IMG/VR virus record: IMGVR_UViG_3300048574_000496
Span: 1-61,342 of that record
Source: a virus
Taxonomy: Duplodnaviria > Caudoviricetes
Strand: one strand, 5' to 3'
Length of the DNA stretch: 61,342 bases
Positions 36,060 through 44,595 of this stretch are shown here, piece by piece; position 1 is the first letter of the stretch; every line of letters begins with the position of its first letter. Under the pieces are notes generated by a model. It was given only the letters and a program-made list of their open reading frames with translations, did no database searches and was not told the DNA's origin. The position numbers were made by a program, and so were the translations under genes.

Positions 36060-37061
36060 CTAAACAGCTGTCTTCAGATATTCCTCTTCCGTGATGCCCA
36101 TCTTGGCGATGATCTCATTCTCCTGGGCATTGATGGCGGTGCGCGCGCCATCGGGCTTCTTGCCTCCCAGACCGGAATCAGCCACGATCTGCGGCGCCGA
36201 GGCAATGAACTTCTTGAACTGCTCCAAGCCGCCTTCGGCTCGGCAGGTGGCCACATAGAACTCCTTACTCGCCGGGGCAATCTTGCCCTCGGTCAGCGCC
36301 TGGTTGATGGCCGTCTCAATCTCGCCCTCCAGCTTGTCCTTTTCGCCCTGGCTGATCTTTGCCTCGGCGGTGGCGGCGCGGTTGAGCGCCAGTTCGTAGT
36401 CGGCCTTGGGAACAAACTTGTCCAAGGGCGGGGTCTGGGCGCTGTTGAGGGCGGTCTGCAGATCGATCTGCAGCTTGCCGATTGCGTTCAACGCGGTCTC
36501 TTCGGTGACGTCCTCGGACAGGCCGAGTTTAGCCAGGATCTTCTTGAGCAGGGGATCCATAGTGTGCTCCTCCATTTGATTGAGTGCCGATAAAGGCAGG
36601 TTTGGGGTGTTGGTCAGCCCGGCGCTGACAATGTCGCGGACGACCATCGTCCTCGGGTCATACAGCAATGCCGGGCTGACATATCTGTACTCGCGGTTCC
36701 GTACCGCCTTTTCTCCTTCAGGTGTCCAGGAGTTCACCGCTGCCGTAATTCTTCCGTCCGATTCAACTTTGAGGTCAGACAACCAGGCGGCGGCAGGGGC
36801 ATGTTCACCGTTGGACGCCTTCAGTTGCGTGGCATGGACAAAGTCGAGAACAAGGTCAATCCCCTTGGAATTCACCCGGTCCACGATGGCCTGCGGATCA
36901 GGATTGTTCCATGCCCTGCCGTCCCACCCCACAATGCGCTTGCCGGCCGGAACCAGATCGATGCGCTCCGGCAACCCCGACTCCCCCACCTGGAAATTGA
37001 GGGCCACCGGCAGGATGATCCGCTCGATTCCGTCCTGATTCGCTGCTGTTTTCTTGTTCAT
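36060..37061 (-). CDS. Mu-like I prohead protease/scaffold
   Basis: DGRAW, PAAAW, WTPEG...REYRYVSP, AGLTNTPNL. Confidence 0.9.
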   Translation of the reverse strand: MNKKTAANQDGIERIILPVALNFQVGESGLPERIDLVPAGKRIVGWDGRAWNNPDPQAIVDRVNSKGIDLVLDFVHATQLKASNGEHAPAAAWLSDLKVESDGRITAAVNSWTPEGEKAVRNREYRYVSPALLYDPRTMVVRDIVSAGLTNTPNLPLSALNQMEEHTMDPLLKKILAKLGLSEDVTEETALNAIGKLQIDLQTALNSAQTPPLDKFVPKADYELALNRAATAEAKISQGEKDKLEGEIETAINQALTEGKIAPASKEFYVATCRAEGGLEQFKKFIASAPQIVADSGLGGKKPDGARTAINAQENEIIAKMGITEEEYLKTAV

Positions 37062-37193
37062 GGCGCTCCTCTGCCGAAACCCCGTTTAAAACATCTTTAA
37101 AATTGCCTGTATTTGATTGCCGGGGTCCTGCACGGGTCATGAACCCTGACGCCCGGCGCTTAAAATCTGTCCCCTTTTCCGGCCCCTGTCCGT

Positions 37194-37652
37194 TCAGACC
37201 CGCAAAGCCCGCTGCACATGGCCGGCGAGCAGATCCAGGGACTCGTCCCGCTCGCCCTCAGCGAACACCAGGTAGTGCCGCGCTGGGATGGTCACCTTAT
37301 GGCCCCGGCCTGCCTTGCCGCCCAGTTGCTGGATGGCTGCATAGACCTTGTTGCTGCCGATGGCGGCGCTGGTCTTGGTGGTGGCCGTGGTTACGCTTGC
37401 CGCTAACCCTGCGCCGGACACTTGCAGGATCTTGCCTGGCCAGGTTCCCTGTTTGGTGCGCCTGGCAATCGTGGCCGTTGCCAGTTCCTGCCAGGCGGGC
37501 TTTCCTTCAGCCTCGAACTGATCCTCGGCCGCATCGGCCATGATCCCGGCAACGCCTCGCATCACCTGCTGGGGATCGTTGACCAGGGCCAGCACCCGGT
37601 CCAGGGTACGGTACACTTCATCATCTTCGATGCGCAGGCTGAACCGGATCAT
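37194..37652 (-). CDS. Mu gpG-like virion morphogenesis protein
   Basis: F..EG.P.W..L...T, GSNKVYAAIQQLGG, IPARHYL. Confidence 0.85.
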   Translation of the reverse strand: MIRFSLRIEDDEVYRTLDRVLALVNDPQQVMRGVAGIMADAAEDQFEAEGKPAWQELATATIARRTKQGTWPGKILQVSGAGLAASVTTATTKTSAAIGSNKVYAAIQQLGGKAGRGHKVTIPARHYLVFAEGERDESLDLLAGHVQRALRV

Positions 37653-38419
37653 GCCGCTTTCCTCTGCAGGTAGTCCTGCGCCGCGTTGCTGCTCCAGCCA
37701 ACATCCGGCGCCATGCGGACAGATCGGCCCTGGACTTCGCCCTCGAACACCGTCACCGGCCGCAGCTCGCCGGTCTTCTTGCTCACCAGCATATCCTCGT
37801 TGTGGAGCAGGCCGTCGCTGCTCGTCACCGTCTTGCCCAGCTGCTGCAACTTGTAGAGCGACAGCGCCCGCACCCGACAGCGGCAGTTCCAGCCGTTGGG
37901 CGGGTAGAGGCTGTCCCAGATGGGATCGTCATAGCGGAACACCAGGCCGTGCAGGGCGGCGTGGCCCGGCCGGGTGCGGCCATCCATCACCGCCGTGTAC
38001 ATCCAGTAGGGCCGCTCCTCGGTCAGCTCCATCTGAGTCGCATAGCGGCCGGCCATGTAGGCGGTCTGCAAATTGACCGTGTAGATGGTCCGCAGCCGCC
38101 ATAGGCTGCCCAGCTGGGCGATCTCGCCGTCCTCGGTCTGTACCTTCCCCCACCAGCCCTTGCTTTTAAGGAGCGGGGTCAGCTCGCTGGCGAACTGGCG
38201 GTAGGGCTTGCCCTCAATCAGGGCGGCGTCAACCGCTGTCCGGATATCCTCCAGGATGTCCTGGCGCATCGCCTTGGCCACGGTGAAGGCGGCGGCATGC
38301 GCCCGCTCCCAGACCTCCCACCAGTTCCAGCTGATCGCATAGCCCTTGGCCTGGAAGTAGGCGATAGCCTCTTCCGGCGGCAGCTCAAAGGCGTAGCTCA
38401 GATCAATCTCGTCCGCCAT
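37649..38419 (-). CDS. Mu gpF / SPP1 gp7-like head morphogenesis protein
   Basis: AFTVAK, RLRTIY..N..TAY.AGR, D.RTRP.H, PPNGWNCRC. Confidence 0.9.
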   Translation of the reverse strand: MADEIDLSYAFELPPEEAIAYFQAKGYAISWNWWEVWERAHAAAFTVAKAMRQDILEDIRTAVDAALIEGKPYRQFASELTPLLKSKGWWGKVQTEDGEIAQLGSLWRLRTIYTVNLQTAYMAGRYATQMELTEERPYWMYTAVMDGRTRPGHAALHGLVFRYDDPIWDSLYPPNGWNCRCRVRALSLYKLQQLGKTVTSSDGLLHNEDMLVSKKTGELRPVTVFEGEVQGRSVRMAPDVGWSSNAAQDYLQRKAA

Positions 38420-39992
38420 TGATCCGCCCCCAGGTCTCGGCAATGAACAAGGCCCGGCCAAGCAGGGCTTCCATGGCCGAACTGTCCATGGTCGGCTCGG
38501 CCTCAGCCAGCCAAGCCATTACCTCGGTGTAGTCCGCGCCCTCGGTAATCTGTTTGAGCAGCCCGGCCAGGATGGCGTCTGCTTGTCCCTGTAAGGCGGC
38601 GTCGGTGATCGAGGCAATCATAGCGTCGATGGCCAGCTGTTCGTCGGGCTCGGTCTGCTGGGAGTTGCGGGCTGTGTGCGGCGGCAACTGCTTTTCCGGC
38701 GGCGCCTCCGCTGTTTCTTCATCCAACTTGGATTGATTTTGAGCCCCAGCCGGTCGCAGCAGATCCTCCGGCTTGGCCTTCGGGTCCGGATCGGGCAGGC
38801 CGAGCTTGTCGCGCATCACGGATTGCTCCACCTGGAACCCGAAAGGGACCAGCTTCTCGACCGCCGCGACCAGGGCCGCCACGTCCTCTGGCGGGATGGC
38901 CCGCAGCTGAATCTCGGGATAGTTTTCCTGTGGCCCGAAGTTCAAATCGATGAACGGCCGCACCAGGTCGCGGTTGAGGGTCTCTTCCAGGCCCTCGGCG
39001 TCATCGTCGCGGATGTCGTCGCGGACCTCGGCCTGCAGGTCTTCGTTGCCCAGCTTGCCCGGCGTACCGGAGCTGGAGGCCGTCTGGCCGAGGATGCCGA
39101 GGCTGATCTGCTTATCGAGATAGTTGGCCAGCCGTTCGAAGAAATCCGCCGATCCGCCCTTGTTGCCCGCCTCGACCAACTCCACCTGCATCGACTCCGG
39201 GAACACCGCTGCCGCATCAATCCCCAGGTTGGCCACCGCCATCTTGAGGATGCGAATCTCTTCATCCTTGGCCGAGGGACCGTACTTGCCCAAGCGCAGC
39301 GGCATGCCAAACACCTCGGCAAAGGCCAACCAATCCTTGACCGCATAGCCCTTGCACATGAAGGCCCAGGCCGCCAGGCGGGCGATGCCGCCCCGGATGG
39401 GAATGCCCGACTTGCCGTGATGGATATGGGTCAGGTACTTGTACGGCGCCAGCTCCAAGCCGTTGAACCCGTCCAGCTCATCGCGCAGCCGGATCTCCCG
39501 GCGGCTCACCTGGTCGAACTGGAAGAAGCGGGGATCGCGCCACTCGTAGCGCTGCGGCCGCCACTGGCTGCCGGTGGCCCAAAGGATCTCCACCACTGAA
39601 AAACCCTTGCCGATGGCGTCCAGCAGGTCCTTGAGTAGGGCCCGGAATCCGCCGCCCTTGATCAGGGTTCGCACCGCCTCGGCCAGTTCCTTGTCGCGAG
39701 CTGAGTCGGTGGCGCTCTCCACCGTGATCGGCAACCGGGATACGGCCAGCTTGCGCTTGCCCAGCTCGGCCGCGTAGTGGAGATCCCGTTCCTCCATCTC
39801 CTCGGCCAGGGTCAGGTAGGCATGGTGATCGCCATCGGCCGCCGCCATCAACAACGTGGCCAAGCGCTGCGGGGTCAGGCCCGAGGCAACAGTATCAGTC
39901 CAGATACTCCGCACCCCAGTCAGGGTCGGCGCTGCCTGCTCGCGGGTCAGCTCGCGGGTTTTGACCGGTCGATTCAGATAGTCGTAGAGCAT
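38403..39992 (-). CDS. Portal protein (Mu gp29, DUF935)
   Basis: LTPQRLA.LL..A..GD, EEMEERD, FAEVFGMPLRLGKY, ILGQT. Confidence 0.92.
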   Translation of the reverse strand: MLYDYLNRPVKTRELTREQAAPTLTGVRSIWTDTVASGLTPQRLATLLMAAADGDHHAYLTLAEEMEERDLHYAAELGKRKLAVSRLPITVESATDSARDKELAEAVRTLIKGGGFRALLKDLLDAIGKGFSVVEILWATGSQWRPQRYEWRDPRFFQFDQVSRREIRLRDELDGFNGLELAPYKYLTHIHHGKSGIPIRGGIARLAAWAFMCKGYAVKDWLAFAEVFGMPLRLGKYGPSAKDEEIRILKMAVANLGIDAAAVFPESMQVELVEAGNKGGSADFFERLANYLDKQISLGILGQTASSSGTPGKLGNEDLQAEVRDDIRDDDAEGLEETLNRDLVRPFIDLNFGPQENYPEIQLRAIPPEDVAALVAAVEKLVPFGFQVEQSVMRDKLGLPDPDPKAKPEDLLRPAGAQNQSKLDEETAEAPPEKQLPPHTARNSQQTEPDEQLAIDAMIASITDAALQGQADAILAGLLKQITEGADYTEVMAWLAEAEPTMDSSAMEALLGRALFIAETWGRINGGRD

Positions 39993-39999
39993 AACCTTC

Positions 40000-41508
40000 T
40001 CACCAAAGCCCTTTGCCGGCGCCCAGCCCGGCGGTCACATGGATCGGCCGTTCGTCGCGATCATCATTGCGTTTGCCCACCGGATGGTAGGCGTACTCCG
40101 CCTCGCCTTCCTGCCTGGTGGCGTACTCGGCCATGGCGCCCGATATGGCGGCATCACCGTGCCGCTGCCCGCCGTCCTTGCCTGTTCCATGGCCCTCGGG
40201 CACTTTGGCGACGCCCTTGATCATTTTGATGGCCCGATGATCGTCGATGATGTCCGCATCCAGCGGCAGCAGGATGGTCCGATCCTCGAAGGCGGCCTTG
40301 TATTTGGGCATATTCTCCCGGTACCAGGTCTCGGAGAGCATCACCTCGCTGATCCGTTGCTGGCCGTACTTCTGCGCCGCCACCTCGGCCAGGTACTGGC
40401 CGTTGCCACGGGCGTCAAAGGCCGCGTGGCTGAAGCGGGGAAACCGGTCGCAGATGTAGAACACGATCTGTTTCTGCTGCTCAAAGGGCACATTGCGCAG
40501 TTCCAGCACAAACGGAGCCCGGTGGGTTGCATTCTGCTGCTCCTGCAGCGGGGTGAGCACGGTCAGGTCGCCGGTCCGGCCGAAGTCTTCGCCCAGGTAA
40601 CAGCGCCTCCGGGGTTCGAGATCTTCCAGCAGTGGCGCTAGGTTCTCTTCGCACCAGGCGTCAATCTCGCTGATCCGGTCCCGTTCGCTGCGGAACTTGA
40701 AATCATCGGGAACCGCGAACCTGAGCACCGGTATCTCATCCGACATGCAGGCCTCAACCAGGGCACGGGAGAAAAACACGCCTGATCCCTTGGCCGGGAT
40801 GCAGAACAGCTCCTCGTCCTCGTTGGGGTGATAGCGCTTGATGAGTGCCTGACGCCATTCCGTCTGTGCCTCTGCACTCCATTGTTGCCCGGTCACCTCG
40901 CAGATCCTCCGATACAAGCCTTCGTTCAGGGCATCGTCCAGGGTGACCCGATGCACGGCATAGCTGTTGCGGCCGGCCATGGCGTCCTGGATCAGGCCGT
41001 TAAACGGATTCTCGTTGCCGTTATGGGTGCTGATGATATGCACCCGGCCGCCCCACATGGTCATGGCGATTGCGGCCTTGAGGATCTCGTCGATATCGTC
41101 GACAAAGGCGGCCTCATCCAGCACCAACCGTTCCCGTGGCCGGCCCTTGCTGCGCAGGTTGCGCGGGTTGCCGGAAAAGGTCTGGATTCGATAACCGCTG
41201 TCGAACCTGATGTCGTACACATGGATGTCCCGGCCATCATCACGGGTCAGGATCTGCTCGCCGATCCCGCTGGCGGCCGAATGGAACGCCTTGGCCCAGG
41301 TGGCGCAGTCCTGAATGAATCCTGCCGTCATTTCCTTGTCGTAGGAGATGTAGTAGACGTTGGCGCCACGCTCGCCATCCGCCGCCTGGAGCACTGAATC
41401 AGCCGCCTCGGCATACGACAGCCCGATGCGCCGGCTTTTCCCCATGATCTTCACCAGCGAGGTGTCATCGATCCAGCGTTGCTGATAGGGCAGCAGGACC
41501 GCGCTCAT
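40000..41508 (-). CDS. Terminase large subunit (Mu gp28-like)
   Basis: LLPYQQRW, KSRRIGLS, LDEAAF, ISTHNG, GEDFGRTGDLT, HGDAA. Confidence 0.93.
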   Translation of the reverse strand: MSAVLLPYQQRWIDDTSLVKIMGKSRRIGLSYAEAADSVLQAADGERGANVYYISYDKEMTAGFIQDCATWAKAFHSAASGIGEQILTRDDGRDIHVYDIRFDSGYRIQTFSGNPRNLRSKGRPRERLVLDEAAFVDDIDEILKAAIAMTMWGGRVHIISTHNGNENPFNGLIQDAMAGRNSYAVHRVTLDDALNEGLYRRICEVTGQQWSAEAQTEWRQALIKRYHPNEDEELFCIPAKGSGVFFSRALVEACMSDEIPVLRFAVPDDFKFRSERDRISEIDAWCEENLAPLLEDLEPRRRCYLGEDFGRTGDLTVLTPLQEQQNATHRAPFVLELRNVPFEQQKQIVFYICDRFPRFSHAAFDARGNGQYLAEVAAQKYGQQRISEVMLSETWYRENMPKYKAAFEDRTILLPLDADIIDDHRAIKMIKGVAKVPEGHGTGKDGGQRHGDAAISGAMAEYATRQEGEAEYAYHPVGKRNDDRDERPIHVTAGLGAGKGLW

Positions 41509-42038
41509 GAAGCCAACTCCTGCTTGATTGCGGCTCGAAGCGCCTCGATGGTGGCAGCGCTTGCCCCTTGGGCCTTGCCGGTCTGCTCGACGATTGACGC
41601 CGCCTCTTCCAAGGCTTTGGCTCTGGCCTCGCTCACATGTTTTTTGACGTTGATCGAAGCTCGGGCCAGATCGCCAATGGCACGGGCCAGTTTGGCCAGG
41701 ATGCCGCCGTCGATGTTGCTGGTGTCCACCTCCATCAAAAGCGTGAACAACCGCTCCTGGCAGAGCCCGGTCAGGGCCTCCAGCATGGTGCCGTCATTCT
41801 CGCCCATGGCGGCCGCTACCGTTCGCGCGCTCTCGGTGGCCAGTTTGAGCGCCTGCAGCCGGGGTTGCAGGTCGCCGGCATGGTAGCGCTGCAGGGCCGA
41901 GTCGCTGATCGCAAACCCCTTGGCCTTCAATTGGGCTTCCAGGGCGGCGAACTGCTGGCCGCCGTTGGCCGCCAGGGTCTCATCCAGCCAGGCCCGGATC
42001 GGCTCCGGCAGGGTATAGACCTTGTTCTTCGGCGGCAT
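41505..42038 (-). CDS. Terminase small subunit (Mu gp27 / DUF3486-like)
   Basis: KVYTLPEPIRAWLD..L...G..ISDSALQRY; upstream of terL. Confidence 0.82.
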   Translation of the reverse strand: MPPKNKVYTLPEPIRAWLDETLAANGGQQFAALEAQLKAKGFAISDSALQRYHAGDLQPRLQALKLATESARTVAAAMGENDGTMLEALTGLCQERLFTLLMEVDTSNIDGGILAKLARAIGDLARASINVKKHVSEARAKALEEAASIVEQTGKAQGASAATIEALRAAIKQELAS

Positions 42039-42343
42039 TACCAGTACTTCTCCGGTCGGGCGATGCCGGGCTCGCAGTCGATGGTGTACTCCACCAGGTC
42101 CACGCCCACCCTGGTCAGCTCCGACTTCCACACCGGCCCCTGGATGTTCTTGTTTTCGAGCAACTGTCGGTCCGCCAGGTAGTCCAGCTCCTTGCGCAGC
42201 TCGGTATGGGTACAGTCTGGGATGACGCCCTGCACAGCGGTGAGCAGCACCGGTTCAACCGCTCCGTAGGGTCGGGCACTGTTAAGGGCCAGCAGGATGA
42301 TCCAGCGCAGGTTCTCCCGGCGGGCCTTCTCGGGGTCGATCAT
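42038..42343 (-). CDS. Mu gp26-like protein
   Basis: RRENLRWIILLAL, ELDYL.DRQL, LTRVGVDLVE. Confidence 0.78.
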   Translation of the reverse strand: MIDPEKARRENLRWIILLALNSARPYGAVEPVLLTAVQGVIPDCTHTELRKELDYLADRQLLENKNIQGPVWKSELTRVGVDLVEYTIDCEPGIARPEKYW

Positions 42344-42678
42344 TGGGACGTGTGTTGGCATTTTCTGCACTCCAGTTGTCGGATGTCTTTGGCAAGGGCG
42401 TCCAGTTTAGCGTGGATCAGGGTCTCAAAACGGATCATGTCTTCCCGCCGGTAGTAATCGATGGGTAAATGACCAATAAACTTCAGGTACTCCTCGCGGT
42501 GCTGCTGCAAGCCGTTTACGGCCGCGTTGGCCGTGGTGGTTGCAGTGTTCACCCGCTCCTCAATGTTGGCCACGGCCTTGGTCACCAGCCAACGGATGAT
42601 CCCCACCAGGAACCCGGACCAGGCCAGCAGCAGGGTCACGAGGATGGCCACCGCCTGCCAGGTAATGGTGATGCTCAT
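42340..42678 (-). CDS. Mu gp25-like membrane protein
   Basis: N-terminal TM helix, coiled coil, LP.DY.RRED. Confidence 0.7.
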   Translation of the reverse strand: MSITITWQAVAILVTLLLAWSGFLVGIIRWLVTKAVANIEERVNTATTTANAAVNGLQQHREEYLKFIGHLPIDYYRREDMIRFETLIHAKLDALAKDIRQLECRKCQHTSQ

Positions 42679-42890
42679 CGTTGCCCCCGTTGCCACCGCT
42701 CCAGTTTTTCCTGGCAGGGAAGGCAGAACCGGCAGCCGGCCTGCGCCAGCCGCCGGTCCTCGGGTATCGGTTCGCCGCATTCCAGGCATTCCCTGGCCGA
42801 CTCACCTCTGGGCAGGGCATAGACCTGGGCTGTGATCAATCGCCGCAGCTCCGCAGCCTGCTGCGGTTGAGAGATATCGATCTCATCCAT
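42675..42890 (-). CDS. TraR/DksA C4 zinc-finger protein
   Basis: MDEID...CLECGEPIPEDRR.A..GC.FCLPCQ. Confidence 0.88.
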   Translation of the reverse strand: MDEIDISQPQQAAELRRLITAQVYALPRGESARECLECGEPIPEDRRLAQAGCRFCLPCQEKLERWQRGQR

Positions 42891-43129
42891 CAGGGTTGCG
42901 GCTCCTTGTTGTCCGAATTCCCCACGATCAGCCGGGCCAGGTTGGCGGCCGCGTTCTTCTCCACCTTGTGGCCCAGCCCAACCAGGCCGAAGCCGAAGAG
43001 GATGGCCTGCAGGCCCAGGCCGAACAGCACCTCTTGCAATTGGGTGGCCAAGAGGCCCATGCCGATCAGGGCCAGGCCAAGCAGGCAAAGGCCGCCGGCT
43101 GCCGCCCAGGTCTTCCAGCCGCCCATCAT
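42890..43129 (-). CDS. Putative holin (two TM helices)
   Basis: GWKTW followed by two hydrophobic segments; lysis region. Confidence 0.65.
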   Translation of the reverse strand: MMGGWKTWAAAGGLCLLGLALIGMGLLATQLQEVLFGLGLQAILFGFGLVGLGHKVEKNAAANLARLIVGNSDNKEPQP

Positions 43130-43395
43130 GGCTGTCCACCCATGGCCTGAGCGTCGGCCGCGCCTGCGTTGCTGGCGTCTCCCTGTTGGGATGCGGCCGC
43201 CGTTGCCGCTGCCGACACGCCAACCGACGTGTCCACGGTTTTGCTTGGGGTGTTGGTGATGGTTGGGGTAACGCTGCCGGCATCGGACTCGGTGATGCTC
43301 ACGTAATACTGATTGCCGCCGATGGCGCATCCGGACAGCCCCATCAGCAGCGCCAACGGCAGACATGCGCCGTATCGTTTGATCCTCTTCCTCAT
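43126..43395 (-). CDS. Small lipoprotein in the lysis cassette (spanin candidate)
   Basis: Basic N-terminus, hydrophobic stretch, LSGC lipobox. Confidence 0.7.
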   Translation of the reverse strand: MRKRIKRYGACLPLALLMGLSGCAIGGNQYYVSITESDAGSVTPTITNTPSKTVDTSVGVSAAATAAASQQGDASNAGAADAQAMGGQP

Positions 43396-43583
43396 AGCCT
43401 GTTCTCCCTGGCCCGTTTCTGTTTCCATTGTGCGTGCAGCTCCATCAGCCATGCCACCCGGTCGCGCGGTTTGGGTGGCCGTCCCCTCGGTCGTTTCGGC
43501 GCTGCCACCTCCGATTTCTCCCTCGGCGGACGGCCCCGGCGCTTCTTTTCAGGTGCGTTCGAACACGCCAGGGAAGTCTTCAT
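43392..43583 (-). CDS. Small basic protein with two AT-hook-like motifs
   Basis: KRRGRPP and RPRGRPP; stop overlaps the next start (ATGA). Confidence 0.5.
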   Translation of the reverse strand: MKTSLACSNAPEKKRRGRPPREKSEVAAPKRPRGRPPKPRDRVAWLMELHAQWKQKRARENRL

Positions 43584-44085
43584 GCTTGCTCCAGTTCTTA
43601 TAATGGATGTACTGCTCGCCGTTCTGGCACTTCACCAGGATACGGGGCGGCCGCTTCCTGATGCAGGCCAGGGTGGCCGCCAGAGTGGCGGCGCTCATGG
43701 AGCCGCCCACGTACAGATCCGGATACAGCTTCCCCCGGCTGTTCAGGGCGTTGAGCGCCCGCTGCAGGAACTTGACCCCATTGCCGGGGCCGCAGTTGAC
43801 CGAAGCCTCAAACAGCTCCTCGGCCACCGCCTCGCTTACCGCATCAATCCGGTCGCACTGCAGCGGAATCCAGAACTCGGAAAGGTAGAAGGAGCGCACC
43901 ATGTCGGCCAGGCCAGGTGCAATCGACAGCGGTTCCCCGTGGGCCAGGCATTCGTCGATGATCCGCCAGCCGGGCCAGGCGGGATGCTTGGTGCGGTCGA
44001 TACCCATGTAGGTCTCGTGGCCATCGACAATGGCGTGACCGCCTTCAACCAGCATGGTGGTGGAAAATCCGCGTTCAAAACTCAT
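43549..44085 (-). CDS. Endolysin, glycoside hydrolase family 108-like with peptidoglycan-binding C-terminus
   Basis: EGG...ETYMGI, FY..EFW, LFEASVNCG, LQRALN. Confidence 0.88.
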   Translation of the reverse strand: MSFERGFSTTMLVEGGHAIVDGHETYMGIDRTKHPAWPGWRIIDECLAHGEPLSIAPGLADMVRSFYLSEFWIPLQCDRIDAVSEAVAEELFEASVNCGPGNGVKFLQRALNALNSRGKLYPDLYVGGSMSAATLAATLACIRKRPPRILVKCQNGEQYIHYKNWSKHEDFPGVFERT

Positions 44086-44120
44086 GGTTCCTCATCATCG
44101 GTTTGAGGCGTGGAGCAAAC

Positions 44121-44137
44121 CACGCCAATTGGCGTGA
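44121..44137. promoter_or_regulatory. Palindrome CACGCCAATTGGCGTG in the late/lysis leader; second copy at 58741-58757
   Basis: 17-bp identity between the two sites. Confidence 0.65.
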
Positions 44138-44595
44138 AACGCTGGGCTCAATCCAACCGGGAACAGGGGTGGTTCAGGAGCCAGCCCCTGTCAGGCCGGC
44201 AAGGAGTGTGCTTGGCCAGCGGGGCCAAAGTTGATGAGGGAACTATAGAGGGAATGGTAGAGAGGGATAAGACTGCGGTATTACAGAGGTGAAATTGCGG
44301 TGCGAGGGAAACTCAAAGAAGCCATAGGTAAAATTACCTATGGAATTTTAATGTGTTTTGAAACTTGTCAAGGTCAAGTACGGGTGGTACATCAGACGGA
44401 TCTATCCATTTTTGATCGGTGTTGCCATCTTAAACGGTTCAGAGTTGCTTATATTCTGTGTGACTCCCTACCGGGTATTTGTTTCAGTCAGAATTTTAGA
44501 AATTAAGCTCGATCTGCAAATTATAGTAAGATCTGCAGCATCATGATATCCTGCGCATTAAAAGCATTACTTGTTACCTAAAATATGAATAGTTT

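Noticed and set aside
44300-44546. Short ORFs upstream of the NACHT gene as a split effector domain
   Set aside because: No recognisable motif or SD; cannot be supported without a homology search.
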